This document shows positions 1 through 9,686 of a DNA stretch of 14,400 nt, one piece after another (within the stretch, counting starts at the first letter, position 1; each line of letters begins with the position of its first letter). This DNA comes from Candidatus Eiseniibacteriota bacterium (GTDB lineage Bacteria > Eisenbacteria > RBG-16-71-46). Made by a program: the position numbers and the translations under genes. The notes below the pieces were generated by a model, which was not told the DNA's origin, searched no databases, and saw only the letters and a program-made list of their open reading frames with translations. The stretch is taken from the NCBI GenBank assembly GCA_031370785.1, contig JANMQY010000033.1, positions 1-14,400 of the forward strand. The letters run 5' to 3'.

Positions 1-126
1 GAGCGCCTCGAACCTGGAGCGGCACTCCTCGCATGCGCCGAGATGCGCCTTGACCCGCGAGAGGTCGGCGCCCGACAGCGCTCCGTCGAGACGTGCGCTC
101 AGCTGGCTGTCACTCAGGTGCTTCAC
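1..126 (-). CDS. Zinc-binding anti-sigma factor (ZAS / zf-HC2), N-terminal part only; runs off the window edge
   Basis: Manual translation from GTG at 126, which overlaps the sigma factor stop (GTGA) and follows a GGGGA SD: MKHLSDSQLSARLDGALSGADLSRVKAHLGACEECRSRFEAL. It has the L-D-G-x-L and HxxxCxxC ZAS motifs. Not in the ORF track. Confidence 0.9.
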   Translation of the reverse strand, partial: MKHLSDSQLSARLDGALSGADLSRVKAHLGACEECRSRFEAL

Positions 127-719
127 GATGATTCCCCGGTCCTCGCCCTGAGGCGTGTTCTGAGATCGGCGCGGGCGCGCGACAGGCGCGACATCACCGT
201 CCCGGCGGGCACGCCCAGCGTGCGCGCGATGTCCTCGTACGTCAGTCCTTCCACCACCCGCAACACCAGGATCGCGCGATGCTCATCGCTGAGCCCGGCG
301 AATGCCTCGGCCAGATGGCGCTGGCCTTCTCGTTCCGCGACTTCTTCGGCCGGATCGCCGCCGCTGCTCCACTGCCGTCCGGCCTCGAGCAGCGGCTCGA
401 GCGGAGTCTCGGGCCGGCGCCGCCGGTGGCGATAGAGCGAATACGCCAGGTTGACCGCAATGCGCGACAGCCAGGGATAGAGCGGCTCTCCCACCCGGAA
501 GCGGCCGATCGCCTTGAACGCGCGCACGAACGTCTCCTGCGCCAGGTCGTCAGCGTCGCTCGTGTTCCGGGTCATGCCGTAGGCCACCCGAAAGACGGCG
601 CGCTGGTAATGGCGCACGATCCGGCCGAAGGCCTCGGCGTCGCCGTGCTGCGAGGCGAGCACCAGGGCGGCCTCTTCGCCCGGCTCCATCCACGGGTTAC
701 GCTTCCCGGCGGCTTCCAT
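123..719 (-). CDS. ECF (sigma-70 group 4) RNA polymerase sigma factor
   Basis: Region 2 motifs GDAEAF, DADDLAQETFVRAF and WLSRIAVN; region 4 motif GLTYEDIARTLGVPAGTVMSRLSRAR. Adjacent to an anti-sigma gene. Start is either ATG 719 or ATG 689. Confidence 0.95.
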   Translation of the reverse strand: MEAAGKRNPWMEPGEEAALVLASQHGDAEAFGRIVRHYQRAVFRVAYGMTRNTSDADDLAQETFVRAFKAIGRFRVGEPLYPWLSRIAVNLAYSLYRHRRRRPETPLEPLLEAGRQWSSGGDPAEEVAEREGQRHLAEAFAGLSDEHRAILVLRVVEGLTYEDIARTLGVPAGTVMSRLSRARADLRTRLRARTGESS

Positions 720-728
720 TCCCGGCCA

Positions 729-758
729 TGGCTACCCTCGTATGGGGGCTGCTGTCAA
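729..758 (-). promoter_or_regulatory. Possible internal promoter for the ECF sigma/anti-sigma pair
   Basis: Perfect TTGACA (758-753), 18 nt spacer, then a weak -10-like TAGCCA (734-729), in the 54 nt pyrF-sigma gap. Confidence 0.3.
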
Positions 759-773
759 GAAGTGGAACGGTTG

Positions 774-1487
774 TCATCCCTTGAGCGCTGCCTGGGCGGC
801 ATCCCGTTCGGAGCGAACCGCTTCGAGCGCAGCCATGGGATCCGGGGCTTCGGACACCGCACGACCCAGCACCAGCAAGGCCGCCCCCTCCCGGACCGCC
901 TCGGACACAGTGGCGACCCGGGCCTGGTCCTGCCGGGCGCCTCCGGCCGGGCGAATTCCGGGTGTCACCGCGAAAAACGGGGCGCGCCGGACGGCCCTGA
1001 CCCCGGCCAGATCGGCCGCGGAGCATACGATGCCGAGCGCGCCGGCGCGCTCGCTCATCTCGAGGAGCCGGGCGATGGTCGCATGCAGATCGAACGGGCT
1101 CGCGAAGCCGGGCGGCAGATCGGCGGGATCGAGGCTGGTGAGCAGCGTGACCGCGACGATCCTGGTCGGCGCACCGACTCTGGCGATGGCGCGCGCGGCC
1201 GCTTCGATCATCGGTGCGCCGCCGAGCGCGTGCACGGTCAGCAGGTCGGCGCCGAGCCGCGCGGCCTCGGTCGCAGCGCCCGCCACCGTGTTCGGGATGT
1301 CGTGCAGCTTGAGGTCCAAGAACACGCGCCGCCCGCGCGCGCGAAGTCTACGCACCACCTCGGGGCCCGCCGCGGTGAAGAGCTGGAGGCCCACCTTCGC
1401 GTACTCCGGGCCCTCGCCGAGAGTGCGGTCGAGCGCGAGCGCCTGATCGAGGCCCTCGACATCGAACGCGATCGCGATTTCGCTCAA
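774..1487 (-). CDS. pyrF: Orotidine-5'-phosphate decarboxylase
   Basis: Signature FLDLKLHDIPNTV, plus AKVGLQLF, VTLLTS, TPGIRP, DQARV and LGRAV. Start re-called as TTG at 1487, overlapping the pyrD stop (TTGA) with a GGGAG SD 7 nt upstream. Confidence 0.95.
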   Translation of the reverse strand: MSEIAIAFDVEGLDQALALDRTLGEGPEYAKVGLQLFTAAGPEVVRRLRARGRRVFLDLKLHDIPNTVAGAATEAARLGADLLTVHALGGAPMIEAAARAIARVGAPTRIVAVTLLTSLDPADLPPGFASPFDLHATIARLLEMSERAGALGIVCSAADLAGVRAVRRAPFFAVTPGIRPAGGARQDQARVATVSEAVREGAALLVLGRAVSEAPDPMAALEAVRSERDAAQAALKG

Positions 1488-2509
1488 CGTCGCGCTCCCG
1501 CGCGCCGCGCCCGGGCAGGCAGCGCGCGTCGGGCCTGGGCAGGCAGCGCGCGCCGCCTGGGGCCGGGCGCTTCGGCTTCCAGCGCGTCGCGCAGGCAGCC
1601 CTGCCATTCGCCGAGGCTCTTCACTCCACGCGCACCGAGCAGCGCCTGGATCTCTTCGAGCACGAGGCTCGCGGCGCGCGGCCGGATGAACGACACGGTG
1701 CCGACCTGCACCGCGGCCGCGCCCACCGCGAGGAATTCGAGCGCATCGCGCCCGTTGAAGATGCCGCCCGAGCCGATCACGGGGATGCCGACCGCGCGCG
1801 CCGCTTCGTGACAGCGCGCGAGTGCGAGCGGCTTGATCGCGGGCCCGGAGAGCCCGCCGGTCGCGCGTCCGAGGTGCGATCCGGCGTGATCGAGGTCGAC
1901 CGCCATGCCGACGAAGGTGTTGACCGCGGTCAACGCATCGGCTCCGCCCTGCTCGCAGGCGACCGCGAGGTCCGCGATCGAGGTGACGTCGGGCGAGAGC
2001 TTGGCGATCAACGCGCCGCGGGTGAGCGGACGAAGCGTACGCAGCGTGCGTTCGAGCCGACGCGGCGTCGCCCAGAATCGCGCGCCGCCCCGCGCCACAT
2101 TCGGGCACGAGAAATTGATCTCGAAGCCACCGACTCCGCGCTCGCCTCCCAGCGCTTCGAGCAGGCGGATCAGCTCGCCCGGCGTCTCGCCGCCGATCGA
2201 GGCCACGATGGTCGCGCCCAGCGCGCGCAGCTTCGGCAGCTTCTCGGATCGGAACTTCGCGAGCCCGACGTTCTCGAGCCCGATCGAGTTGAGCATCCCG
2301 GCCGCGGTCTCGGCGATCCGCTGCGGCGGATTGCCGGCGCGCGGCTCCAAGGTCACGGTCTTGGTGATCACCGCGCCGAGCGCGGCCACGTCCAGCACGT
2401 GCGCGTACTCATCGCCATAGCCGAACGTGCCCGAGGCGGTAAGGACCGGGTTCCTGAGCACGAGCGGACCGAGTCGCACTCCGAGATCGACGACCGCCGC
2501 GCGGCTCAT
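1484..2509 (-). CDS. pyrD: Dihydroorotate dehydrogenase, family 1B catalytic subunit
   Basis: Motifs LRNPVLTASGTFG, GMLNSIGLEN, EINFSCPNV (catalytic Cys), KLSP and GGLSGPAIKP. ATG at 2509 overlaps the pyrK stop (ATGA). Confidence 0.96.
   Translation of the reverse strand: MSRAAVVDLGVRLGPLVLRNPVLTASGTFGYGDEYAHVLDVAALGAVITKTVTLEPRAGNPPQRIAETAAGMLNSIGLENVGLAKFRSEKLPKLRALGATIVASIGGETPGELIRLLEALGGERGVGGFEINFSCPNVARGGARFWATPRRLERTLRTLRPLTRGALIAKLSPDVTSIADLAVACEQGGADALTAVNTFVGMAVDLDHAGSHLGRATGGLSGPAIKPLALARCHEAARAVGIPVIGSGGIFNGRDALEFLAVGAAAVQVGTVSFIRPRAASLVLEEIQALLGARGVKSLGEWQGCLRDALEAEAPGPRRRALPAQARRALPARARRAGARR
1513..1552. repeat. Tandem duplication with 24 bp period and 16 bp identical core GGGCAGGCAGCGCGCG, in the 3' end of pyrD
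   Basis: Copies at 1513-1528 and 1537-1552, encoding RRALPA twice. Confidence 0.85.
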
Positions 2510-3468
2510 TCCACGCGCGCCCAGTCGAGGTCGTGCGCCTCGAACACCGGGCCCTCGGTGCAGCACATCGCGAACTCGTGATTGCCGTAGAGCGATGGAG
2601 TCCGGTCGCTGCGGAACGCGGCGCGCGCGGAGCTGCTTCGGGGCAGCGGGCAGCCGCGACACACGCCGGTGCCGCACGCCATCACCGATTCCATCGCGAG
2701 ATACGCGGGGACCCTGCGCGCGAGCGCCCACTCGGCCACCGCGCGGAGCATCGCGTGCGGCCCGCACGCGTGCAGCACCGGCGTTCCGTCCAGCCGGGGC
2801 GCGAGGCCCTCGAGCAACGCGAGCACGTTGCCCTTGAATCCCGCGCTGCCATCGTCGGTCGCCAGATGCAGCCGCCCGCCCACGCGAGTCAGGGTCGAGC
2901 GCGCCTCGGCCAGCGCGACCAGGTGTGCGCGGTCGCGCGCGCCGAACAGGAATTCGCAGCGCAGCGCAGCGCGACGGCGAGCCCCTCCGGCCAGAGCGTC
3001 GGCCGCAAACAGCAACGGAGCCACACCGCGCCCGCCGGCGATCAGCACCGGCACCCAGGGTTGATCGAGCGGGAAACCGCGCCCGAGTGGCCCGAGCACG
3101 TCCACCGCATCGCCCGTTTCCAGCGCGGCGAGAAGGCGCGTCCCGGCGCCGACCGGCGCGTAGACGAATTCGATCGAGAGCGCCCTGCCCAGCCGGCGCA
3201 CGCCGGCCACGCTCATCGGACGCGGCAGCAGCACCGCGGAGGGATCGGCGAGCAGCAACTGGACGAACTGGCCGGGCGTGGGCTCCACGAAGCCGGCGGG
3301 CATCGCGAGCTCGAGCCAGCGGTGCCCGGCGCCGACATCGCGGTGGCCGGCAACGCGCGCGGTCATCTGGCTCCACGCGGGTTGCGGCGCGATCACGGTG
3401 CCGCGATCGGTCTTGAAGCTCGGCCGGGCCGCCGGGCGACGCGCTCCGCTGGCCGAGGCGAGGCTCAT
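2506..3468 (-). CDS. pyrK: Dihydroorotate dehydrogenase electron transfer subunit (FAD, 2Fe-2S)
   Basis: Motifs PGQFV, LPRPMSV, GPLGRGF, AGGRGVAP, ACGPHAML and MACGTGVCRGC...CTEGPVF. Directly upstream of pyrD; ATGA overlap with the TPR gene stop. Confidence 0.94.
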   Translation of the reverse strand: MSLASASGARRPAARPSFKTDRGTVIAPQPAWSQMTARVAGHRDVGAGHRWLELAMPAGFVEPTPGQFVQLLLADPSAVLLPRPMSVAGVRRLGRALSIEFVYAPVGAGTRLLAALETGDAVDVLGPLGRGFPLDQPWVPVLIAGGRGVAPLLFAADALAGGARRRAALRCEFLFGARDRAHLVALAEARSTLTRVGGRLHLATDDGSAGFKGNVLALLEGLAPRLDGTPVLHACGPHAMLRAVAEWALARRVPAYLAMESVMACGTGVCRGCPLPRSSSARAAFRSDRTPSLYGNHEFAMCCTEGPVFEAHDLDWARVE

Positions 3469-5261
3469 GGCTTGGTCATGCTGCTGTCGCGCGCCCGAGC
3501 GCTGGTGTCGGGCGCAAAGCGCGAGCTGTCCCGCATGGCGCGCTCGCGTTCGCGCCGCAGGCTGTCGGTCAGGGCGGTCATGGCGCGGCGCACGCTGTCC
3601 GGGGATATACCGCTCATGATCATGCGCTCGCGCATGTCGATCGCCGCCTGGCGTCTGACCTCGGCCTCGGCAGCGATTCCGCCCGGCCTGGGCGCGCCCA
3701 GGCGGAGCATCGAGTCCGCGACCCCCGGCGATGTCCCGAGCCTGGGCACGGTCAGAGGCGGCGCGGTCAGGTGCACCGAGTCGGCGACCGAGGTGTCGCG
3801 CTTCACGACCGGCATCCGGATCAGATCGGCCGGCACCGAGATCCCTTCGGCCTCCAGGTAGTCGCGCGCGGCGAGCTGGGCTTCAGTCGCCGGGTATTCG
3901 CGCACCACCTTCCAGAACAGCGAGTCGGCTTCGGCCTTGCGCGAGAGCTTGCGGCTCAGCACCCACGCCTTCGCGTTGTACGCCTTGCCGGCGTACGGCG
4001 TGCCGGACCATGTACTCGCGAGCCGGGTGTACTCCTCGAGCGCGCGCTCGGGCTTGTCGAGCTGGAACAGGTACTGCTCGGCCAGCAGGAAGCCGGCTTC
4101 GGCTCTCTTCTCGAGCGAGTCGCGGCCGGTGGCGCCGCGCACCTGCGAGATGCGCTCCAGATTCACGAGCCGGCTGTTGGCCTGGAGCGTGAAGCCGCCG
4201 ATGCCGGCCTGATCCTTCACCTTCGCGTACTCGGCGCGCGCGCGCTCGAAATCGTCCCCGACCGTTTCGTAGGCATAGCCGACGCGGTACTGGGCTTCGG
4301 CGGCGAGCGGATTCTTGGGATAAGTGGCGATCACGTCCTTGTACTCGGCCAGTGCCGGTTCGAGCCGCCCGGCGAGCAGGTGCGCGGTGCCGATCCGGAT
4401 GCGCAGCCGGCCCCAGCGATCGACGCCCGGTCCGGTCGGCGCGACGCGCTGCACGTTGGCTCCGGAGCCGACCTCGACCGGGATCGGAGTCTTCTCGTGG
4501 CTCAGCGCGTCTCGCAGCAGCTGGATCTCCGCATCGTAATCGCGCGCGCCCTCCAGGCAGTCGGCCTCGCGCAGCAGGAACATGAAGCGCTCCTCGTCGT
4601 CGAGCGCGTGCTCGCCGAGGTAGCGGAAGTCCGCGCGCGCGGCGGCGAAGTCACCCTTGGCGATCAGCGCCTCGGAACGCGCCACCCGCGCCTGCTTCAC
4701 GAGCGGGCTCTTCGGGAAGCGTTCGATCAGGTTCCCGGCGGCCTGCGCGGCCTCGGTCGGACGTTCGAGCGTGGTGAGAACGCGCGAGCGCTCGAGCAGC
4801 GCATAGGGCGCGAGCTTGTGCTTCGGCGCCTGCTTGAGGAATTCGTCGAACGCGGACAGCGCCTCGGTGGGCTTGCGCGACTGGCGATAGCCGACGCCCA
4901 GATAGAAAGTCGCATCGTCCTTGAGCTGGCTCTTGGGGAAGCGCGTCGGGAAACCCACCAGCATGTTCACAGTCTGGCGCGGATCGTCCTTGCCGAGCAG
5001 TGCGCGCGCCCACAGCAGGTACGCATCGTCCACCCAGCCCGACTTGGGATACTGGGAGAGCAGCTTCTTCGAGTAGTCGATCGACCGATTGAAGTTCTGG
5101 GTGGCCGAGCCGGCATTGCGCTCGACCAGGTAGGGCTCGCCTCCGGTCGCGACGTCGTAGTTCTTCCGCGCCAGGTAGAACGTGTTGTAGTAGGCGCAGG
5201 AGCCCAGGATGAGTGCGGCCGTGAGGGCGAGTGCGCTCGCGAATGTGCGACGCACGCTCAC
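3465..5261 (-). CDS. Tetratricopeptide-repeat lipoprotein, function unknown
   Basis: Signal peptide with lipobox LILGS-C followed by AYYNTFY. Repeated TPR-like helices with YP.S/FP.S turns. GTG at 5261 overlaps the carB stop (GTGA). Confidence 0.88.
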   Translation of the reverse strand: MSVRRTFASALALTAALILGSCAYYNTFYLARKNYDVATGGEPYLVERNAGSATQNFNRSIDYSKKLLSQYPKSGWVDDAYLLWARALLGKDDPRQTVNMLVGFPTRFPKSQLKDDATFYLGVGYRQSRKPTEALSAFDEFLKQAPKHKLAPYALLERSRVLTTLERPTEAAQAAGNLIERFPKSPLVKQARVARSEALIAKGDFAAARADFRYLGEHALDDEERFMFLLREADCLEGARDYDAEIQLLRDALSHEKTPIPVEVGSGANVQRVAPTGPGVDRWGRLRIRIGTAHLLAGRLEPALAEYKDVIATYPKNPLAAEAQYRVGYAYETVGDDFERARAEYAKVKDQAGIGGFTLQANSRLVNLERISQVRGATGRDSLEKRAEAGFLLAEQYLFQLDKPERALEEYTRLASTWSGTPYAGKAYNAKAWVLSRKLSRKAEADSLFWKVVREYPATEAQLAARDYLEAEGISVPADLIRMPVVKRDTSVADSVHLTAPPLTVPRLGTSPGVADSMLRLGAPRPGGIAAEAEVRRQAAIDMRERMIMSGISPDSVRRAMTALTDSLRRERERAMRDSSRFAPDTSARARDSSMTKP

Positions 5262-8200
5262 AGCGTCTCCTGAAGGGTGGTGACGTCGAGCGGACCGCGC
5301 GCCAGCGCCTCGAGCCCCGAGACCGCGGCCAGCGCGCCGGCCACGGTCGTGATCACCGGGACGCCGAGCGCGATCGCGCGCTCACGGATGGCACGATCGT
5401 CATATTCCGAGCGACTGCCGAGCGGGGTATTGATCACCAGCTGGATCTCTCCGTTCTCGATCGCGTCGACCACGTGCGGGCGGCCCTCGTGCACCTTGAA
5501 CACCTGGGCGCACGGGACGCCGTTGCGACGCAGGAACTGCGCGGTGCCCTGGGTCGCCACCAGTCCATACCCCAGTTCGACCAGTTTCTTCGCCATGAAG
5601 GTGATCGAGCGCTTGTCGTCGTCGCGCACGCTCAGGAACACCCGGCCGGTGCGCGGCAGCGGCTCGCCTGAGCCCAGGTGCGCCTTGGCCAGCGCCCGGC
5701 CAAAGTCCACGTCGCGGCCCATGACCTCGCCGGTCGACTTCATCTCGGGACCGAGCAGCGCATCCTCGCCCGGGAAGCGCGCGAACGGCAGCACCGGCTT
5801 CTTGACGCTCACCATCGGCGCCTCGGGGCTCACCGCCGGGGCGATGTCGCTGAGCCGCTCGCCGGCCATCACCCGCGCGGCGAGCCGCGCCAGCGGCAGC
5901 CCGACCGCCTTGCTCACGAACGGCACGGTGCGCGAGGCGCGCGGGTTGGCTTCGAGCACGTACACCTGGCCGCCGCGGACCGCGAACTGAACGTTGATCA
6001 GGCCCCGGACTCCGAGCGCCCGCGCCAGCTGCGCCGTGATCTCGCGTACCCGGCGCAGCGTCTCCTCGCCGAGCGTGAACGGCGGGATCACGCAGGTCGA
6101 ATCTCCCGAGTGAATGCCGGCCTCTTCGATGTGTTCCATCACCGCCCCGACCAGCACGGTCTCGCCGTCGGCCACGGCATCCACGTCCACTTCGAGCGCC
6201 GCCTCGAGGAACCGGTCGATCAGCACCGGAGCCTCCTCCGAGATCAGCGCTTCGCGCGTGAGCCACTCCTCGAGCTCGGAGGCAGCGTACACCACCTTCA
6301 TGCCGCGCCCGCCGAGCACGTAGGACGGGCGCACCAGCAGCGGCCAGCCCAGATCGTGCGCCACCTGGAGCGCCTGCTCGCGCGAGGTCGCGCTGGCGCT
6401 GGCCGGCTGGAGGATGCCGAGCGAATCGAGCAGCACGCGGAAGCGCTCGCGATTCTCGGCCAGGTCGAGTCCGTTCCACGGCGTGCCCCACAGCGGGACT
6501 CCGGCATCGTGCAGCGCCTTCGCAAGCTTGAGCGGGGTCTGGCCGCCGAGCTGGACGATCACGCCGACCGGCTTCTCACGCTCGATCACGTTGAGCACGT
6601 CCTCGACGGTGAGCGGCTCGAAGTAGAGCCGGGTCGAGACGTCGTAGTCGGTGCTCACCGTCTCGGGATTGGAGTTGATGATCAGCACGTCGTAGCCGCG
6701 CTCCTTCAGCTCGAGCGAGGCCTGCACGCAGCAGTAGTCGAACTCGAGCCCCTGCCCGATGCGGTTCGGCCCGCTGCCGATGATCACCACCCGCGGGCGC
6801 GTCGACTCGGGAACCTCGTCTTCGTCCTCATACGTCGAGTAAAAATACGGCGTCAGCGCCTCGAACTCGGCGCCGCAGGTGTCGACCGCCTTCATCGCGG
6901 GAACGATCTGGTGCGCGAGGCGGCGGCGGCGCACATCCATCTCGCTCAAGCCCAGCCGGTGCGCGAGATGGCGATCCGACAGCCCGAGCCGCTTGGCGGC
7001 CCGGATCAGACCCTCGCGCCACGGCGCCTCGGGATCGCGCGCCACGCGCTCGGCCAGCTCGCGATCGCAGTCCACGATGCGCTGGATCTGGTTCAGGAAC
7101 CAGGGATCGATTCCGGTCAGGCGCGACAGCTCGGCCGGCTCTTCCCCGGCCGCGAGCGCGCGATACAGATCGCGCAGGCGCTCCGAGCTCGGTTCGCGCA
7201 AGGAACGCCGCAGGTCTTCCAGCTCCTGGAAGCTGGCGCGCTCGGGCAGCGTGTCGGCGCCGCTTTCGAGCGCGCGCCAGCCCTTGAGCAGCGCCTCGGG
7301 GAAGGTGCGTCCGATCGCCATCACTTCGCCCACCGACTTCATGCGCGTGCCGAGTTGCGGATCGGCGTCGCGGAACTTCTCGAACGCCCAGCGCGGAATC
7401 TTGACCACGCAGTAGTCGAGCGTGGGTTCGAAACACGCCGGGGTCTTGCGCGTGATGTCGTTGGGGATCTCCTCGAGCGTGAGCCCGGCCGCGAGCAGCG
7501 CGGAAATCTTCGCGATCGGGAACCCGGTCGCCTTGCTCGCGAGCGCCGAGGAGCGCGAGACTCGAGGATTCATCTCGATGATGCGCATCTCGCCGGTATC
7601 CGGATGCACCGCGAACTGGATGTTGGAGCCGCCCGCCTCGACCTTGATCGTGCGCATCACGAGCAGCGCGGCGTCGCGCATGCGCTGGTAGCAGCGGTCG
7701 CTCAGGGTCTGGGCTGGCGCGCAGGTGATGCTGTCGCCGGTGTGGACGCCCATCGGGTCGAAGTTCTCGATCGAGCACACCACCACGCAGTTGTCCGCGC
7801 GGTCGCGCATCACCTCGAGCTCGAACTCCTTCCAGCCGAGCAGGCACTCCTCGATCAGGATCGAGCCGTTGGGACTGGCCGCGATCCCGAGCCTCGAGGC
7901 CTCGCGCAGCTGGCGCATGTTGTGCACCAGCCCCGAGCCCGCGCCGCCGAGCGTGAACGAGGAGCGGATCACGAGCGGATAGCCGAGCGCCTCGCCCAGG
8001 CCCACCGCCTCGGCCACGCTGGTCGCGTAGCCGCTGCGCGGCAGCTGGAGTCCGGCCCCCTCCATCGCCCGCTTGAACCGGGCGCGGTCCTCGGCGGTCT
8101 CGATCGCCTCGAGCGAGGCCCCGATCAGCTCGACGCCGTGGCGTTCGAGCGCGCCCGAGTGGGCGAGCGAGACCGCCAGGTTGAGGGCGGTCTGGCCGCC

Positions 8201-8470
8201 GAGGGTGGGCAGCAAGGCGTCCGGCTTCTCGCGCTCGAAGATGCGCTCGACGATCTCGGGGAGCAGCGGCTCGACGTAGGTGCGATCCGCGAACTCCGGG
8301 TCGGTCATGATCGTCGCCGGATTGGAATTGAGGAGCACGACCTCGATCCCGAGCGAGCGCAGCGCGCGGCAACCCTGGGTGCCCGAGTAGTCGAACTCGC
8401 ACGCCTGCCCGATCACGATCGGGCCCGCGCCGAGGATCATCACCTTCTTGAGATCGGGACGGACCGGCAT
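5258..8470 (-). CDS. carB: Carbamoyl-phosphate synthase large subunit
   Basis: 1070 aa. Motifs [60 protein letters not shown] and [13 protein letters not shown]-terminal MGS-like domain; AAGGAG SD. Confidence 0.99.
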   Translation of the reverse strand: MPVRPDLKKVMILGAGPIVIGQACEFDYSGTQGCRALRSLGIEVVLLNSNPATIMTDPEFADRTYVEPLLPEIVERIFEREKPDALLPTLGGQTALNLAVSLAHSGALERHGVELIGASLEAIETAEDRARFKRAMEGAGLQLPRSGYATSVAEAVGLGEALGYPLVIRSSFTLGGAGSGLVHNMRQLREASRLGIAASPNGSILIEECLLGWKEFELEVMRDRADNCVVVCSIENFDPMGVHTGDSITCAPAQTLSDRCYQRMRDAALLVMRTIKVEAGGSNIQFAVHPDTGEMRIIEMNPRVSRSSALASKATGFPIAKISALLAAGLTLEEIPNDITRKTPACFEPTLDYCVVKIPRWAFEKFRDADPQLGTRMKSVGEVMAIGRTFPEALLKGWRALESGADTLPERASFQELEDLRRSLREPSSERLRDLYRALAAGEEPAELSRLTGIDPWFLNQIQRIVDCDRELAERVARDPEAPWREGLIRAAKRLGLSDRHLAHRLGLSEMDVRRRRLAHQIVPAMKAVDTCGAEFEALTPYFYSTYEDEDEVPESTRPRVVIIGSGPNRIGQGLEFDYCCVQASLELKERGYDVLIINSNPETVSTDYDVSTRLYFEPLTVEDVLNVIEREKPVGVIVQLGGQTPLKLAKALHDAGVPLWGTPWNGLDLAENRERFRVLLDSLGILQPASASATSREQALQVAHDLGWPLLVRPSYVLGGRGMKVVYAASELEEWLTREALISEEAPVLIDRFLEAALEVDVDAVADGETVLVGAVMEHIEEAGIHSGDSTCVIPPFTLGEETLRRVREITAQLARALGVRGLINVQFAVRGGQVYVLEANPRASRTVPFVSKAVGLPLARLAARVMAGERLSDIAPAVSPEAPMVSVKKPVLPFARFPGEDALLGPEMKSTGEVMGRDVDFGRALAKAHLGSGEPLPRTGRVFLSVRDDDKRSITFMAKKLVELGYGLVATQGTAQFLRRNGVPCAQVFKVHEGRPHVVDAIENGEIQLVINTPLGSRSEYDDRAIRERAIALGVPVITTVAGALAAVSGLEALARGPLDVTTLQETL

Positions 8471-8514
8471 CAGCGCGCTCCTTCGGCCGGCGGCATCGAG
8501 GGCGCGGCGCTCAT
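8470..8514 (-). other. Candidate 14-codon bridging mini-ORF ([14 protein letters not shown]) between carA and carB
   Basis: Its ATG overlaps the carA stop (ATGA, 8514-8511) and its TGA overlaps the carB ATG (TGATG, 8472-8468). Confidence 0.4.
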
Positions 8515-9686
8515 CGTGCGGCCGCCTTCACAGGCCTGGCGGCCGGCTTCGCGACGGATCGATCGCGCGTCTTCGCCACGCGCTCGGCGAACGCCCGGAA
8601 CCAGGGGCGCGAGTCGTGCGGGCCGGGACTCGCCTCGGGATGGTACTGGCACGAGAGGATCGGAAGCTTGCGATGCACCATGCCCTCGAGCGTCCGGTCG
8701 TTGGCGCTGAAGTGGGTCAGCTCGAACTCGCCGCCGGGAAGGGTCGCGTCGTCCACCGCAAAGCCGTGATTCTGCGAGGTCACCTCGACCGCGCCGGTGC
8801 GCCGGTCGATCACGGGGTGGTTCGCGCCGCGGTGCCCGAACTTGAGCTTGAAGGTGCGCGCACCGAACGCGAGGCCGAGCAGCTGGTGGCCGAGGCAGAT
8901 GCCGAGCGTCGGCACACGCTGCGCGAGCGCGCGCGAGGTCTCGATCGCGAAGTCGAGCGGCTCGGGGTCCCCGGGGCCGTTCGAGAGCACCACGCCCGCC
9001 GGCTCGAGCGCCAGCACGTCGCGGGCGCTGGTGCGCGCCGGCACGACCCGGACGCGAAAGCCCTCGGCGTGCAGCCGGCGCAGGATGTTGTACTTGACGC
9101 CGAAGTCCATGACGACCGCGAGCGGACGCTCGGCCTCGGTCGCCGGCAGCGCCTCGCCCGGGCCGCGCTCGGTCCACCAGTAGGGCTCGACGCAGGTCAC
9201 GATGTCAGCGAGCGCGAGCCCGACCATGCTCGGGCTGCGGCGCGCCTTGTCGATCAGCGAATCCGGGTTCAGATCCACCGCCGAGACGCAGCCGCGCATC
9301 GCGCCGCGCTCGCGCAGGTGGCGGGTGAGCGCGCGGGTGTCGATGCCGGCGATGCCGGGGACGCCCTGCGACTCGAGCAGCTCCTGCAGCCGCCCGGTCG
9401 AACGCCAGTTGCTCGGGAACTCGCACACTTCGCGGCACACCATGGCCTGCGCGCGCAGCGAAGCGCTCTCCCAGTCCTCGTCGTTGACGCCGTAGTTGCC
9501 CATCAGGGTGTAGGTGAAGGTGACGATCTGCCCGCAGTACGAGGGATCGCTCAGCACCTCCTGATAGCCGGTCATCGCGGTGTTGAACACCACCTCGCCG
9601 GTGGTCTCGGCGCGCGCGCCAAAGCTCTCGCCGTGAAACACCCGGCCGTCTTCGAGCGCGAGTAGCGCGGGTGGTCGCCGGCTCAC
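8511..9686 (-). CDS. carA: Carbamoyl-phosphate synthase small (glutaminase) subunit
   Basis: Motifs [37 protein letters not shown] (catalytic Cys) and [12 protein letters not shown]. Start re-called as GTG at 9686, overlapping the pyrC stop (GTGA). Confidence 0.98.
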   Translation of the reverse strand: MSRRPPALLALEDGRVFHGESFGARAETTGEVVFNTAMTGYQEVLSDPSYCGQIVTFTYTLMGNYGVNDEDWESASLRAQAMVCREVCEFPSNWRSTGRLQELLESQGVPGIAGIDTRALTRHLRERGAMRGCVSAVDLNPDSLIDKARRSPSMVGLALADIVTCVEPYWWTERGPGEALPATEAERPLAVVMDFGVKYNILRRLHAEGFRVRVVPARTSARDVLALEPAGVVLSNGPGDPEPLDFAIETSRALAQRVPTLGICLGHQLLGLAFGARTFKLKFGHRGANHPVIDRRTGAVEVTSQNHGFAVDDATLPGGEFELTHFSANDRTLEGMVHRKLPILSCQYHPEASPGPHDSRPWFRAFAERVAKTRDRSVAKPAARPVKAAAR

